A stretch of DNA of 64,000 bases from a virus. The stretch is taken from positions 32,001 through 96,000 of IMG/VR virus record IMGVR_UViG_3300031566_000001. One strand, 5' to 3'. This document shows positions 1-9,309 of this stretch, in pieces. The position numbers and the translations under genes are program-made. The notes under the pieces were generated by a model, which was given only the letters and a program-made list of their open reading frames with translations, did not search any database and was not told the origin of the DNA. Positions within the stretch are counted from its first letter, which is position 1, and the number at the start of each line of letters is the position of its first letter.

Positions 1-1
1 G

Positions 2-124
2 ATCGGCGGGGTGCTATGGGCGTACCAGACCTTCACCAACGATGACCAGAGCGCCTACGGCGTGGCGTATTCGCCTGAGGGTGAGTACGACAAGACAGAG
101 TGGGCCATCATCGAGCGGAACTGA
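2..124 (+). CDS. 3' end of a gene running in from the window edge (unknown; possibly glycoside-hydrolase-like C-terminus)
   Basis: Frame 2 open from the edge: IGGVLWAYQTFTNDDQSAYGVAYSPEGEYDKTEWAIIERN-stop (TGA 122-124). Confidence 0.5.
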   Translation: MGGVLWAYQTFTNDDQSAYGVAYSPEGEYDKTEWAIIERN

Positions 125-231
125 GTTGAAATCAGCGGCCCCCTATGTATACTTCTTAGTTCTAAGAGTATTAACTAACTAAAGGTGTATAGTATATGAC
201 GGACTTTTCGCGCGGACGACATGTCGTGATT

Positions 232-255
232 CTTTTGCTCCCAAAACATCGTGCC
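232..255 (+). promoter_or_regulatory. palindromic box overlapping a putative promoter upstream of the lysis genes
   Basis: CTTTTGCTCCCAAAAC from 232, then TATAAT 19 bp after TTGCTC; same layout recurs at 1473, 10988, 30227, 33785, 44346. Confidence 0.55.
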
Positions 256-280
256 GGGGTATAATGAGGTAAACAGGTGT

Positions 281-484
281 ATGGATATGGCTCGTTACTT
301 CATGGCAGGGGGTAAACTCGTTATAGCAGTAGCGCGTGACGACAATGACGCGCAGGTCCTTGAGCGTGAGGGCTACGTTGAATGCACGCAAGAGGAGTAT
401 GAGCGGCTGCTGGCGGTGCTCCAGGCTAATGAGAAGGGCACCGTTGAGATAGTGGGTGAGATACGCGACATCCACGGGGATTGA
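281..484 (+). CDS. small hypothetical protein
   Basis: ORF with typical codon usage directly upstream of the amidase; start uncertain (251/281/287). Confidence 0.55.
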   Translation: MDMARYFMAGGKLVIAVARDDNDAQVLEREGYVECTQEEYERLLAVLQANEKGTVEIVGEIRDIHGD

Positions 485-487
485 CCT

Positions 488-1033
488 ATGGGCGCTCTGA
501 CGGACATCTTGATAGCGGGCGGTGTGCACCTGAAGGACAAGCGGGCTACGCTCCCGGTGAACCCGAAGCAGAAGTGGCCCTATCGGGAGCTTCCGGATGT
601 CAAGGGAGGCATTATTCATCATACCGTCGGCAAGTCCTGGTACACATCGAAGGCTATCGCCCTGATGCACATTGGTCTTGGCTGGCCGGGCATGGCCTAT
701 ACGTTCTACATTCACGAGGAAGGCCCGCAGTACGGCTCACCTATCGTGACGGACTTCGACCACCGGTTGTGTGATTGGGGTCCGCAGGCAGGCGCAGGGC
801 CGCATTCCGTCAATGCGGAGACCTTCGGGGTGGCGCTGGGAGGAAACTTCGTGCGGGTTGCGCCTGCGCCGGAGATGATCGTGGAGCTGGTTCATCTGAT
901 GTGCGGGTTGCAGATATTCTTCGTTCAGGAGGTCGGACATTCATTGTACGTCAAGCCGCACTTCCAGGTGGGCAAGACGCAGTGTCCAGGGTTGGCCTGG
1001 GCATCATACCTCGCGGCCATAGGCTGCGTGTAG
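488..1033 (+). CDS. endolysin, N-acetylmuramoyl-L-alanine amidase (Amidase_2-type)
   Basis: IIHHT, GWPGMAYTFYI and H...TQCPG zinc-amidase motifs; next to a membrane protein. Confidence 0.85.
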   Translation: MGALTDILIAGGVHLKDKRATLPVNPKQKWPYRELPDVKGGIIHHTVGKSWYTSKAIALMHIGLGWPGMAYTFYIHEEGPQYGSPIVTDFDHRLCDWGPQAGAGPHSVNAETFGVALGGNFVRVAPAPEMIVELVHLMCGLQIFFVQEVGHSLYVKPHFQVGKTQCPGLAWASYLAAIGCV

Positions 1034-1043
1034 GGAGGAAGAC

Positions 1044-1409
1044 ATGATAGAGTTTGCGGGGCTGCTCAGGAACCCAGTAGTGCTAGGTGCTGTCGCGATG
1101 GCACTGGTGTGGCTCCTGCGCAAGTTGCAGTGGTCTGACGGCGTGTATCTTGTAGCGATAAACGGCCCGAAGGCTATCTGGCTAACCTATATTGTGGCCC
1201 TGTGTATCGCTGTCGGGGAGAAGCTACTCCTGGAGGGCTTCCCCGTCGTGGTCACCTGCGGATTGGTGCCCACTGAGCCGCCCGCTTTCGTGGTCTGCGT
1301 GTTCCAGATCATTGAGAACGTCTTGGCCTGGTCTGGTGTTGTGTTTGCGGCGGCGACGGTGATATACAAGATTCTGCGCAGCAAGATGCTGCTCGGTGAG
1401 CGCATCTGA
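1044..1409 (+). CDS. holin-like membrane protein
   Basis: Three or more hydrophobic segments, GGAGG RBS, follows the endolysin. Confidence 0.6.
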   Translation: MIEFAGLLRNPVVLGAVAMALVWLLRKLQWSDGVYLVAINGPKAIWLTYIVALCIAVGEKLLLEGFPVVVTCGLVPTEPPAFVVCVFQIIENVLAWSGVVFAAATVIYKILRSKMLLGERI

Positions 1410-1443
1410 CCTTGATGTGTGTTGGGGCGGGGTCGGCATCGGT

Positions 1444-1506
1444 CTTTTGCGCAAAAGGATGAGTCCCACGTTCTTTTGCTAGCAAAGGTTTGAGTCCGGC
1501 TATACT
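1444..1506 (+). promoter_or_regulatory. bipartite palindromic operator plus promoter heading the glycan island
   Basis: CTTTTGCGCAAAAG (1444-1457), 15 bp, CTTTTGCTAGCAAAGG (1473-1488); TTGCTA-N19-TATACT (1501-1506). Confidence 0.65.
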
Positions 1507-1566
1507 GAGGGCGGTGGTATATGCTGGCACGGCCCCGCTCCCCTTAGAGCTTTCCCGGAGGATGCG

Positions 1567-2601
1567 ATGTCTTACTGGAAGAATCGCCGTGTAATCGTGA
1601 CTGGCGGCGCTGGATTTCTCGGTTCCCACTTGGTTGATGCCCTGCGCCTTCTGGATTGCAAGCCGTTTGTGCCCCGTTCGGAGCAGTACGATCTGACGAC
1701 GGTTGATGGCGTGTGTGCTATGTTTGGGGATGCGATGACGCTGTGGGGCGAGCAAGGCTGTGAGACGCTGTTTCACCTGGCTGCGACCTGTGGGGGCATC
1801 GGCCTCAATCGCAAGCAGCCCGCTACGATGTGGCGGGATAATCTGCTGATGGGTTCAAACCTGCTGGATGCGGCCCACTTCTTCGATGTGAGTAAGTTCG
1901 TGGGTGTGGGTACGGTGTGCTCGTACCCGAAGCACTGCCCGACGCCGTTCTCGGAGCGGTCCTTTTGGGACGGTTACCCTGAGGAGACCAACGCACCCTA
2001 CGGCCTGGCCAAGAAGATGCTGCTGGTGGGCTTGCAGGCTTATGGGGCGCAGTTCGGCTTGCCGTGGGTGTACGTGGTGCCCACGAACCTCTATGGGCCG
2101 CGGGACCACTTCGACCCTGAAAGCTCCCACGTCATCCCGGCGATGATCCGCAAGTTCCTGGAGGCTAAGAGGGCGGGCGATCATGTGGTGTCGTTATGGG
2201 GTACGGGCAAACCGACGCGCGACTTCCTGTACGTGGGGGATTGTGTGAGGGCGCTCCTGTCAGCGGGGGAGCTGCTGGTGTCCGGTCCCTACAACGTGGG
2301 CTCAGGCCGTGAGGTCAGTATTGTGGACCTGGCTCATGTGGTGGCTAAGGCCGTGAACTACCAGGGCGATGTCAGCTTTGACGCCTCTATGCCCGATGGC
2401 CAGCCCAGGCGCGTGTTGGATAGTTCCAAGTTTGCGAAACTTACGGGGTGGCAGCCGGAGGTATCTCTGGAGGAGGGCCTGGACCGTATAGTGAAGTGGT
2501 ATGACATGGTCCAGCGCCTTGAGGATGACGAACGGGATATGACCACCAGTTGTATTGCCAAGGGGCAGCGCGCCCCTGCGGGCGCATCACCCTCGGTGTA
2601 A
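1567..2601 (+). CDS. fcl: GDP-L-fucose synthase
   Basis: VTGGAGFLG, HLAATCGGI, GTVCSYPK, YGLAKK, NLYGPRDHFDPESSHVIPAMIRKF, WGTGKPTRDFLY, PDGQPRR. Confidence 0.93.
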   Translation: MSYWKNRRVIVTGGAGFLGSHLVDALRLLDCKPFVPRSEQYDLTTVDGVCAMFGDAMTLWGEQGCETLFHLAATCGGIGLNRKQPATMWRDNLLMGSNLLDAAHFFDVSKFVGVGTVCSYPKHCPTPFSERSFWDGYPEETNAPYGLAKKMLLVGLQAYGAQFGLPWVYVVPTNLYGPRDHFDPESSHVIPAMIRKFLEAKRAGDHVVSLWGTGKPTRDFLYVGDCVRALLSAGELLVSGPYNVGSGREVSIVDLAHVVAKAVNYQGDVSFDASMPDGQPRRVLDSSKFAKLTGWQPEVSLEEGLDRIVKWYDMVQRLEDDERDMTTSCIAKGQRAPAGASPSV

Positions 2602-2626
2602 GCAAAAACATAGAAGGAGACAAGGC

Positions 2627-3295
2627 ATGAATGAGATTGCCGTATTTCAGATGGGGAAGTGTGGCTCGTCTACGGTCATCGAGTTGGCGCGGAAGTTGGG
2701 TATACACGCCTCGCGGGCGTACCATCCGATGAACCCGGTGCAGGCGCAGTACCCCAATGTCATCAGCATGGTCCGGGAGCCGGTGATCCGGAACGTCTCG
2801 GCATTCTTTTACGAAATGGCGGGCACCCTAGCGGTGACCGGCGAGGGGTACAGCCAGGTACTCCTTGACGAGTTCCTGATGTCCTGGGACAAGCACGACG
2901 TGCCGTTGACGTGGTTCTCTGAGCTGTTTCAGCCGGAGACCGGTATCAACGTCTATGCGGAGAAGTTTAACCGCAAGCGGGGCTGGTCCATCTACGAGAG
3001 CGGCGGTAGGCGCGTCCTGGTCATCAGGGCTGAGGCCCTGACGGGTAGCCTAGTGGCGGCCTTCGAGGCCTTGCTGGAGATGGACCTGGGAGTTAAGGAC
3101 GGCTTCGAGGTTGAGCACCGGGCCAGTGATGCCGAGCGGCCACACGGCGTGGGCGACCTGTACAAGGCGTTTGTGCAGCAGGCCGTGATGCCTGAGGCGT
3201 ATCTGGACCGCATGTATGGGAGCCGATACGCCAAACACTTCTACTATGCGAAGGAGCTTGATGCCTTCCGTGGATTCTGGAGTGCACCAAGATGA
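2627..3295 (+). CDS. sulfotransferase-fold capsular polysaccharide protein (NKWYS-like)
   Basis: QMGKCGSST PAPS loop, VREPVIRNVSAFF, GINVY...F, YLDRMYGSRYAKHFY. Confidence 0.7.
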   Translation: MNEIAVFQMGKCGSSTVIELARKLGIHASRAYHPMNPVQAQYPNVISMVREPVIRNVSAFFYEMAGTLAVTGEGYSQVLLDEFLMSWDKHDVPLTWFSELFQPETGINVYAEKFNRKRGWSIYESGGRRVLVIRAEALTGSLVAAFEALLEMDLGVKDGFEVEHRASDAERPHGVGDLYKAFVQQAVMPEAYLDRMYGSRYAKHFYYAKELDAFRGFWSAPR

Positions 3296-4011
3296 GGGTG
3301 TTCGTGACTACCAATGACCGGCACCTGTGGATTCTGCCGGCCTTTGCGCACCTGTTCAATCGCTACTGGAGCGAGCTGCAGCCTGTGGTGGTGGCGGGGT
3401 ACTCACAGCCGAACTTCGAGCTGCCCCCCAACTTCACATTCCACCAGATTGCCCCGCAGAACTACCCCGTGGAGAGGTGGTCTGATGGCGTGATTGAGTT
3501 CCTGCGGTCCATGGATGATGAGCTGTTCATCTGGATGCTGGAGGATATGTTGCTTCTGCGTACCGTGGACGTGCGGGCCATAGGGACCCTGGCGGAGTAC
3601 ATGATGATACACCACGAGGTCATCAGGATGGACCTCACCACGGATCGGCTCTATGCGGGGGCCTCACCGGGCCAGAGGCCCGATTATGAGTACTACGGGA
3701 GCATGGACCTGGTATGGTCTGAGCCGCACAGCCCGTATCACCTGAGCCTCCAGGCGGCGATTTGGAGGCGTGACTACTTATTGCACTACATGATTCCCGG
3801 TGAGACGCCCTGGAACCTGGAGATGGCGGGCACGGACCGGCTTTCGAGCACCCCGGAGGTGGTGGTCCTGGGCACGAGGCAGTTCCCTGTGCGGTACACG
3901 CTGGCACTAAAGAGCGACAAGCCTACGGAGCCGAGCATCACCGGGATGAGGGACGAGGACTATCGGGAACTGGTGGAGCGCGGCTGGTTGCCGGAGGGGT
4001 GTTTGACATGA
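3292..4011 (+). CDS. putative GT-A-fold glycosyltransferase-like protein
   Basis: WMLEDMLL acidic motif, SLQAAIWRR, TPWNLE; context in the glycan operon. Confidence 0.5.
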   Translation: MRVFVTTNDRHLWILPAFAHLFNRYWSELQPVVVAGYSQPNFELPPNFTFHQIAPQNYPVERWSDGVIEFLRSMDDELFIWMLEDMLLLRTVDVRAIGTLAEYMMIHHEVIRMDLTTDRLYAGASPGQRPDYEYYGSMDLVWSEPHSPYHLSLQAAIWRRDYLLHYMIPGETPWNLEMAGTDRLSSTPEVVVLGTRQFPVRYTLALKSDKPTEPSITGMRDEDYRELVERGWLPEGCLT

Positions 4012-4148
4012 AGGGCTGCGGCCAGAAGATAGGGCCATACGATTGCTGCACCATCGTTACAAGTGATGCCAAGGAGGTCGCTGCGGAGATTGAGAGTTTG
4101 GGATTGGTCTACTGTCAAGTACCGAGTGCCTTTGTAGGCGAAATCTGA
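4008..4148 (+). pseudogene. N-terminal remnant of a DNA methyltransferase
   Basis: MKGCGQKIGPYDCCTIVTSDAKE matches the N-terminus of the 17027 MTase (DGCGRFIGPYPCCTIITGDAKE), then diverges and stops at 46 aa. Confidence 0.6.
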
Positions 4149-4174
4149 GGCGAAATCTGAATGGAGGTTAGGAA

Positions 4175-4465
4175 ATGTCAGACGAAGTAAGAAAAGCGAC
4201 AGTGAAAGAGCAAGCGCGAGATGCGTTGCGCATCGGTACCGTCTTTGAGTTGGAATGCGCACTGAGGCGGGCGCTGGTAGAGCTACCGGGCGAAGGCAAG
4301 GTGAGCAACCAGGGACCCTGTTGCGTTGTTGGTTGCGAGAAGGAAGCCGAATGGATGATCGAGATACATCCTTACAAGCAAGACGATTTTACGACGGCCT
4401 GCACAGGACATGTGGGCGAATTACTGACTGATGCGCCGGAACATATCGTCCATAGGCCCGAGTAG
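4175..4465 (+). CDS. hypothetical protein (Cys/His-containing)
   Basis: GGAGG RBS, 96 aa ORF. Confidence 0.55.
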   Translation: MSDEVRKATVKEQARDALRIGTVFELECALRRALVELPGEGKVSNQGPCCVVGCEKEAEWMIEIHPYKQDDFTTACTGHVGELLTDAPEHIVHRPE

Positions 4466-4611
4466 TAGGGGGATTCAAAACCCCTAGTTCCTACTAAAAG
4501 GCACTCGGCAGAGGCCTGAACCATGTGCGGTGTCATAGATATCCTGATGTGTGAGCACAGGAGGTATTGGCAAAAGCGCCTGGGCCGCTGGCTGCCGGAG
4601 GGGTGTTTGAC

Positions 4612-4905
4612 GTGATGCGCAGGCTAGCCAGTTCAATGAGGGCTTGGTATGAGTATCATCATCCCCGTACCTTTGAGGATGTTGCTCCAGTCAATTGTTT
4701 TAATAGGCCGTACCTGAGCTATACCTGGGATGGTGATGTGATGTTTTGGCGGAGGCATACCTATATGGTAGAGTGGAGGCTTTGGTACGCTAATTGCATG
4801 AAGGGGCCGGTGCCCCTTTTTGAGAATAGGCGTTACTGGCAGGAGCGGCTAGGGCGGTGGCTAGCAGTTCCGTGGGCTAATAAGAGGAGAATAAGTAATG
4901 ACTGA
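4612..4905 (+). CDS. hypothetical protein
   Basis: Lower-GC ORF coupled to the next gene; start uncertain. Confidence 0.5.
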   Translation: MMRRLASSMRAWYEYHHPRTFEDVAPVNCFNRPYLSYTWDGDVMFWRRHTYMVEWRLWYANCMKGPVPLFENRRYWQERLGRWLAVPWANKRRISND

Positions 4906-5167
4906 TGAAATGAGTCCCCCCGTTGAAGTTCGGTTGCGTGATTTAGAAAGTCAGAAGCTGGGTGAGGCTTTAATTCTCTGGAAGGAAAGTGGATATCCTG
5001 AGAGTGGGCATACCATTAATATATTGCGTCAATGCGTTATCAACTATACGGCGGCACAAAAGCTTGTAGAGACTAAGGTTCAATCAATGAAAATAAGTGC
5101 TGAGCTAGAAGCGATACTTGCGCGCCAACGGGCCCATGATAAGCTGGGAGTAAGGCTAGGACTGTGA
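4898..5167 (+). CDS. hypothetical protein
   Basis: AGGAG RBS, overlaps flanking genes. Confidence 0.55.
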   Translation: MTDEMSPPVEVRLRDLESQKLGEALILWKESGYPESGHTINILRQCVINYTAAQKLVETKVQSMKISAELEAILARQRAHDKLGVRLGL

Positions 5168-6066
5168 TAACCGTCCCCCTCCGCGATGGCACCTTTCAGG
5201 GCGAGTCAATGTCCCTAAGCAGTGAGAACGCTGACGAGGCCCCGAAGTCCTTGCGCTGGCGCCACGTGCCGGATATTCCGGATGACGTGCCTGTGATGGT
5301 GTTCACGGATATGTGCCTGGATGAGGTTCTGCTGAGCCGGGCACCCACGAACATCGCCATCCTCATCGAGCCACCCGCACTCACTGCCACGCACTATGAG
5401 CAGGCCGTGATGCTGGAGGACCGTTTTGATGCCATATTCACCTACAGTCTGGAGCACCTACGGCGCGGGGGTCCGTGGCGGTTCTATCCCTATGGCGGTT
5501 CGAGGATCCGCGAGTGGGGCGTGTTTGACAAGAGCGCGGACGTGAGCATCATCGTATCGGTCAAGGCGGTCACGGAGGGCCACCGGCTGAGGCATGAGAT
5601 CGTCAAGCAGTTCGGTGAGTGCCTGTCTGTGTTTGGGGAGCCCTATACCGAGTACCTGGACCCTAAGCCGCCGGGGCTGAGGCCCTTCCGCTATTCCGTC
5701 GTCATCGAGTCCGGGCGTTCTGACTACTATTTCACGGAGAAGCTGATTGACTGCTTCTCGCAGGGCACGGTGCCGATCTATTGGGGGTGCCCTGGCATTG
5801 ATGGATTCTTCGACGAAGATGGAATTATCAGCTTTGAGACCCCGGACGACCTGGCATACATCCTGGCGTCCATCTCGGAGCAGGACTATTACGACCGTTT
5901 GCCTGCGATTTGCAGGAACCTGGAGCTGGCGCGCGGGTTCCGGTGTGCTGAGGACCATCTGGCGGCGGAGTACGGCTGGCTCTTCGAGGATAGTGAGGAG
6001 GCGGCCATGATGCGTGCACAGCGCAAAGAGCAATGGGGGGCTTTGTGTGAGAACCAACCTCACTGA
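5164..6066 (+). CDS. glycosyltransferase family 10 (alpha-1,3/4-fucosyltransferase-like)
   Basis: FRYSVVIES...YFTEKLIDCFSQGTVPIYWG GT10 motif. Confidence 0.85.
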   Translation: MITVPLRDGTFQGESMSLSSENADEAPKSLRWRHVPDIPDDVPVMVFTDMCLDEVLLSRAPTNIAILIEPPALTATHYEQAVMLEDRFDAIFTYSLEHLRRGGPWRFYPYGGSRIREWGVFDKSADVSIIVSVKAVTEGHRLRHEIVKQFGECLSVFGEPYTEYLDPKPPGLRPFRYSVVIESGRSDYYFTEKLIDCFSQGTVPIYWGCPGIDGFFDEDGIISFETPDDLAYILASISEQDYYDRLPAICRNLELARGFRCAEDHLAAEYGWLFEDSEEAAMMRAQRKEQWGALCENQPH

Positions 6067-6093
6067 CAAACGACTATTCTTGGAGGTATTCAC

Positions 6094-6366
6094 ATGACGA
6101 AGATACCAGAACCGATGAGTGACGATGGCAAGAGGCGCGGTGATTGCTACCTGCATTTCAGCTTCATTCCGGACCCGGATCCTGACTGCTGTGAGTTATG
6201 TCACAAGAGAAAAATGAAGAGTCATCGGCTGGCGAAGGTGGAGTTCTGGACGGGTATGGATGAGGAAACTGGACTGTGTGAGGTTTGTGGACCAGTAGCA
6301 GAGAGGCTTCGTGGCCTGGGTTACGTATTTCAGGATGAAGGAAGTTGCCTCACGGCACCACTATGA
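6094..6366 (+). CDS. hypothetical Zn-finger-like protein
   Basis: CELC/CEVC pairs, GGAGG RBS. Confidence 0.55.
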   Translation: MTKIPEPMSDDGKRRGDCYLHFSFIPDPDPDCCELCHKRKMKSHRLAKVEFWTGMDEETGLCEVCGPVAERLRGLGYVFQDEGSCLTAPL

Positions 6367-6399
6367 GAACTGATCTAACTGATAGGAGGTACTTCTGAC

Positions 6400-6807
6400 G
6401 TGCTAAAGATTATCTATGATAATGGTCATGTAAGGATTGATGAACAGGAGAATTTGTACTGGCATGGCCCGACGCTTGGCCAAGAAGGCGGAACATGGTG
6501 GAGACAATGGTACTCGCACCCCGACATTTTCATTAAGGGTTCTGGCCCGTGTCGGTGTTACATACATTGGGTCGAAATCAAGACAGGTAAGCACATCGTC
6601 TTGGCTTACGATTTGGCTGCCCAGAGGGAGCAACCTTTAGTAATGTCTTCGGCGCATGGGTGTCAACTGGTAGCCTTTGACGAATTGCTTTTTCCAGAAG
6701 GTTCACTATTGAATGTCAATGATAGGGAGGTCAGGGATATAGGATATAATGGCCCGCATCTGAAGGAGCCGCCGGAGTGGTTCAATGCAGACGACTTTAC
6801 TGGATAG
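6400..6807 (+). CDS. hypothetical protein
   Basis: AGGAGG RBS before GTG; lower GC. Confidence 0.55.
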   Translation: MLKIIYDNGHVRIDEQENLYWHGPTLGQEGGTWWRQWYSHPDIFIKGSGPCRCYIHWVEIKTGKHIVLAYDLAAQREQPLVMSSAHGCQLVAFDELLFPEGSLLNVNDREVRDIGYNGPHLKEPPEWFNADDFTG

Positions 6808-7516
6808 TGATAAGCGCCTATTCTTCATCATCGGCCCGCCCCGGTCTGGTACGACCATCGTAGCCAGCGTGTTCAACTCCCTAGAGGATGGGTTCTGCCT
6901 TGGGGAACCGCACTGGCTCCACGAGGCCGAGAAAGGCGAGGCGGACGCGCAGACTTACGGGAAGGTAGAACAGTGGCGCAGGCCTGTGGATGATTATCAG
7001 CTCATCATGCAGGTCAACGTGATACCGATTCTAAACCGGGGGCCGTTTCACGTTGGGGGCTACAAGGAGACCTGGCAATACTTCCGTCATACCTGCGAGC
7101 CGCTGTTGGCGGCGCACGTTCCGTTGGTGGACTTCTTCGTGGTGGTGCTGAGGGACCCGAGGCTGGCCTTGGCCTCACAGCGGGCCTTGGGCTGGCAACA
7201 CCTGAGGCCCAGGGATACCAGCAAGGACTATCTGCGGTTGGGCGAACTGGCGCAGCACCCAAAGGCTGTGCTGGTGATCCTGGAGGACTTCGTGGTGGAC
7301 CCGCTGGGGTATCTGAATACGAGGCTCCCCTTCCAGATTGAGGGGCCTTTGGAGCTGCAACCTACAGGGCACAGGTTTGGGGATACGGTTGCCAATGAGA
7401 GTGAAACGGTGAACGCGGATGCGCCGGGGCAGAGGGTTATGGACCTGAATGAGAAATGGGTCCGGGCACTGGCCCCGGCTATGGGGGTATGGGAGCGATG
7501 GAAGAGCAAGACCTGA
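6785..7516 (+). CDS. sulfotransferase
   Basis: FFIIGPPRSGTT 5'-PSB loop; VLRDPRLALAS 3'-PB motif. Confidence 0.85.
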   Translation: MQTTLLDSDKRLFFIIGPPRSGTTIVASVFNSLEDGFCLGEPHWLHEAEKGEADAQTYGKVEQWRRPVDDYQLIMQVNVIPILNRGPFHVGGYKETWQYFRHTCEPLLAAHVPLVDFFVVVLRDPRLALASQRALGWQHLRPRDTSKDYLRLGELAQHPKAVLVILEDFVVDPLGYLNTRLPFQIEGPLELQPTGHRFGDTVANESETVNADAPGQRVMDLNEKWVRALAPAMGVWERWKSKT

Positions 7517-8325
7517 GAGCATTGATGAGACGATACACGGTGGAGCACCTGGATCCTGGGGAGCACCTGGATCCTGGCTGGTTTGGCACCTTCTACGGCA
7601 CTGCGGCGGCTCAGTTTCAGCGGCACATTGAGTCCCTGCCGGGTACGGTATACGGCGATGACCCCAAGCAGAGGCCGTTTGATAACGTATTCACCTGGGG
7701 CCACGATCATGACTTCGGGGCCTTTCAGATGAAGGGCCAGATGGGAGACCGGCACATCCGGGTCATTGAGGCCTTCCTGGAGATGGGCGCGGAGTTCAAG
7801 GGCCATGTGCTAGATGTGGGCTGCTGGACGGGTGGCACGTCGCTCCTACTGGCAGCGATGGGGTGCACGGTGACGGCCATTGAGGAGGCAGTGCAATATG
7901 CCGATGTGGTTTCATACTTGGGCCACGTTTTCCAGGTGCAGGGCCTTGTTGTCATCCCTAATTCTATTTATGATGAGGGCCGCTTCGCTGAGCCTTATGA
8001 TATGATCCTGTGTGCGGGCGTCCTGTATCACGTCACTGATCCGGTGCGTGCTCTGCGCATCATATTTGAGAAGTTGGTGGACGGCGGCACGCTGCTGCTG
8101 GAGACCGCGGTTCATCAGGGTGGCGGCAAGCTCCTGACCTATTGTGGCCCTACCGCGCCAGGCTATCGATGGTTCCTGCCTACGGCGGAAACGCTGGTTG
8201 CGATGTTGATTGACGTGGGGTTTACAGACCTAGAGTATGGGTTGCGTGCCGACGGTAGCCGGATTGTCGTGGTTGCTACAAGGAAGGAGTACACGACCAT
8301 GATGACGGCGGGGGTATCAAGATAA
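7498..8325 (+). CDS. class I SAM methyltransferase (CmoB/DUF1698-like)
   Basis: VLDVGCWTGG, YDMILCAGVLYH, GGTLLLET. Confidence 0.8.
   Translation: MEEQDLRALMRRYTVEHLDPGEHLDPGWFGTFYGTAAAQFQRHIESLPGTVYGDDPKQRPFDNVFTWGHDHDFGAFQMKGQMGDRHIRVIEAFLEMGAEFKGHVLDVGCWTGGTSLLLAAMGCTVTAIEEAVQYADVVSYLGHVFQVQGLVVIPNSIYDEGRFAEPYDMILCAGVLYHVTDPVRALRIIFEKLVDGGTLLLETAVHQGGGKLLTYCGPTAPGYRWFLPTAETLVAMLIDVGFTDLEYGLRADGSRIVVVATRKEYTTMMTAGVSR
7542..7577 (+). repeat. in-frame 18-bp tandem duplication (EHLDPG x2)
   Basis: GGAGCACCTGGATCCTGG twice. Confidence 0.8.
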
Positions 8326-8336
8326 GGGGAAAGGAT

Positions 8337-8540
8337 ATGAGAACGTGGGAGTATAAGCGCGTTGGCTTACCTGACAAGCCAGACATTTCTGATTGGTTGG
8401 ATTCACTGGATAAAGAAGGCTGGGAATTGGTTCAGATATATCAGGACCCCCGATATCTTAATGATATGTTTAAGCTATATCCAGTAGGGATTTTTAGACG
8501 AGCCTTTGTTAAGCAATCTGAACGGGTGGAGGCCCCATGA
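8337..8540 (+). CDS. DUF4177-like small protein
   Basis: WEYK...LDSLDKEGWELV...FRR pattern. Confidence 0.65.
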   Translation: MRTWEYKRVGLPDKPDISDWLDSLDKEGWELVQIYQDPRYLNDMFKLYPVGIFRRAFVKQSERVEAP

Positions 8541-9076
8541 CCATAACTGCGTTTGACCTCTCGGACGGGAACGAGCCGATGAGCTACGGCGAGATCAATT
8601 TCTTGGTCTCATTGGTTAAGAAGCTCCCTGCGGAACCGATCATCGTCAACATTGGGGCTGCGGACGGCGTGTCTACCGTGGCCATGCTGGAGGCCCGTAG
8701 GGATGCCTTCATTTTCTCTGTGGACATCGGCGAGTGCCCGCAGGAACGCGCCAACCTGGAGGCTGCGGGTCTGGATACGGCCCGCGTGATACGGCTCCTG
8801 GGCCGTAGTCAGGACATCGGCAAAGAGTTCCCCTGCGAGGCCGATATGGTGCTTGTGGACGGCGGGCATGATTACAAGTCGGTGAAGGGTGATATCGAGG
8901 TTTGGCCCTGGAAGGTCAAGGTGGGCGGCACTTTGGCCTTTCACGACTACATCGAGCCGCCCCGTCCCGCTAACAACCCCAGTGAAGCGTACGAGGCGGT
9001 GAATGAGAACCTGCCTGCTGAGTTTGAACTGACCGGCCAGGTGGACAGGCTGATTGCGTTTCAGAGGATGTCGTGA
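8537..9076 (+). CDS. Methyltransf_24-like SAM methyltransferase
   Basis: VNIGAADGVS, VDGGHDY, GGTLAFHDY. Confidence 0.8.
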   Translation: MTITAFDLSDGNEPMSYGEINFLVSLVKKLPAEPIIVNIGAADGVSTVAMLEARRDAFIFSVDIGECPQERANLEAAGLDTARVIRLLGRSQDIGKEFPCEADMVLVDGGHDYKSVKGDIEVWPWKVKVGGTLAFHDYIEPPRPANNPSEAYEAVNENLPAEFELTGQVDRLIAFQRMS

Positions 9077-9309
9077 GAGGGTTTGCATTTGGGAGGCGGA
9101 AGGCGCCTCGGATTCCTATTGGCACCTCGGCGGATGATGTATTGAAGCGGTGGGGCCGTGCGTTGCGTACCCGGAGCTTGGGCAAGGACAGCGAGGGCTT
9201 CATCGTGGAGTGCGAGTACCGCTGGGGGTTCCTGGTGTTCAAGAGAGGCCGTGGGCCTGATGGGACTGGGGCGCGTTGTTACCGCGTGGTGGAGAAGAGG
9301 GCAAGATGA
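9073..9309 (+). CDS. hypothetical protein
   Basis: Overlaps flanking genes in the operon. Confidence 0.5.
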   Translation: MRGFAFGRRKAPRIPIGTSADDVLKRWGRALRTRSLGKDSEGFIVECEYRWGFLVFKRGRGPDGTGARCYRVVEKRAR

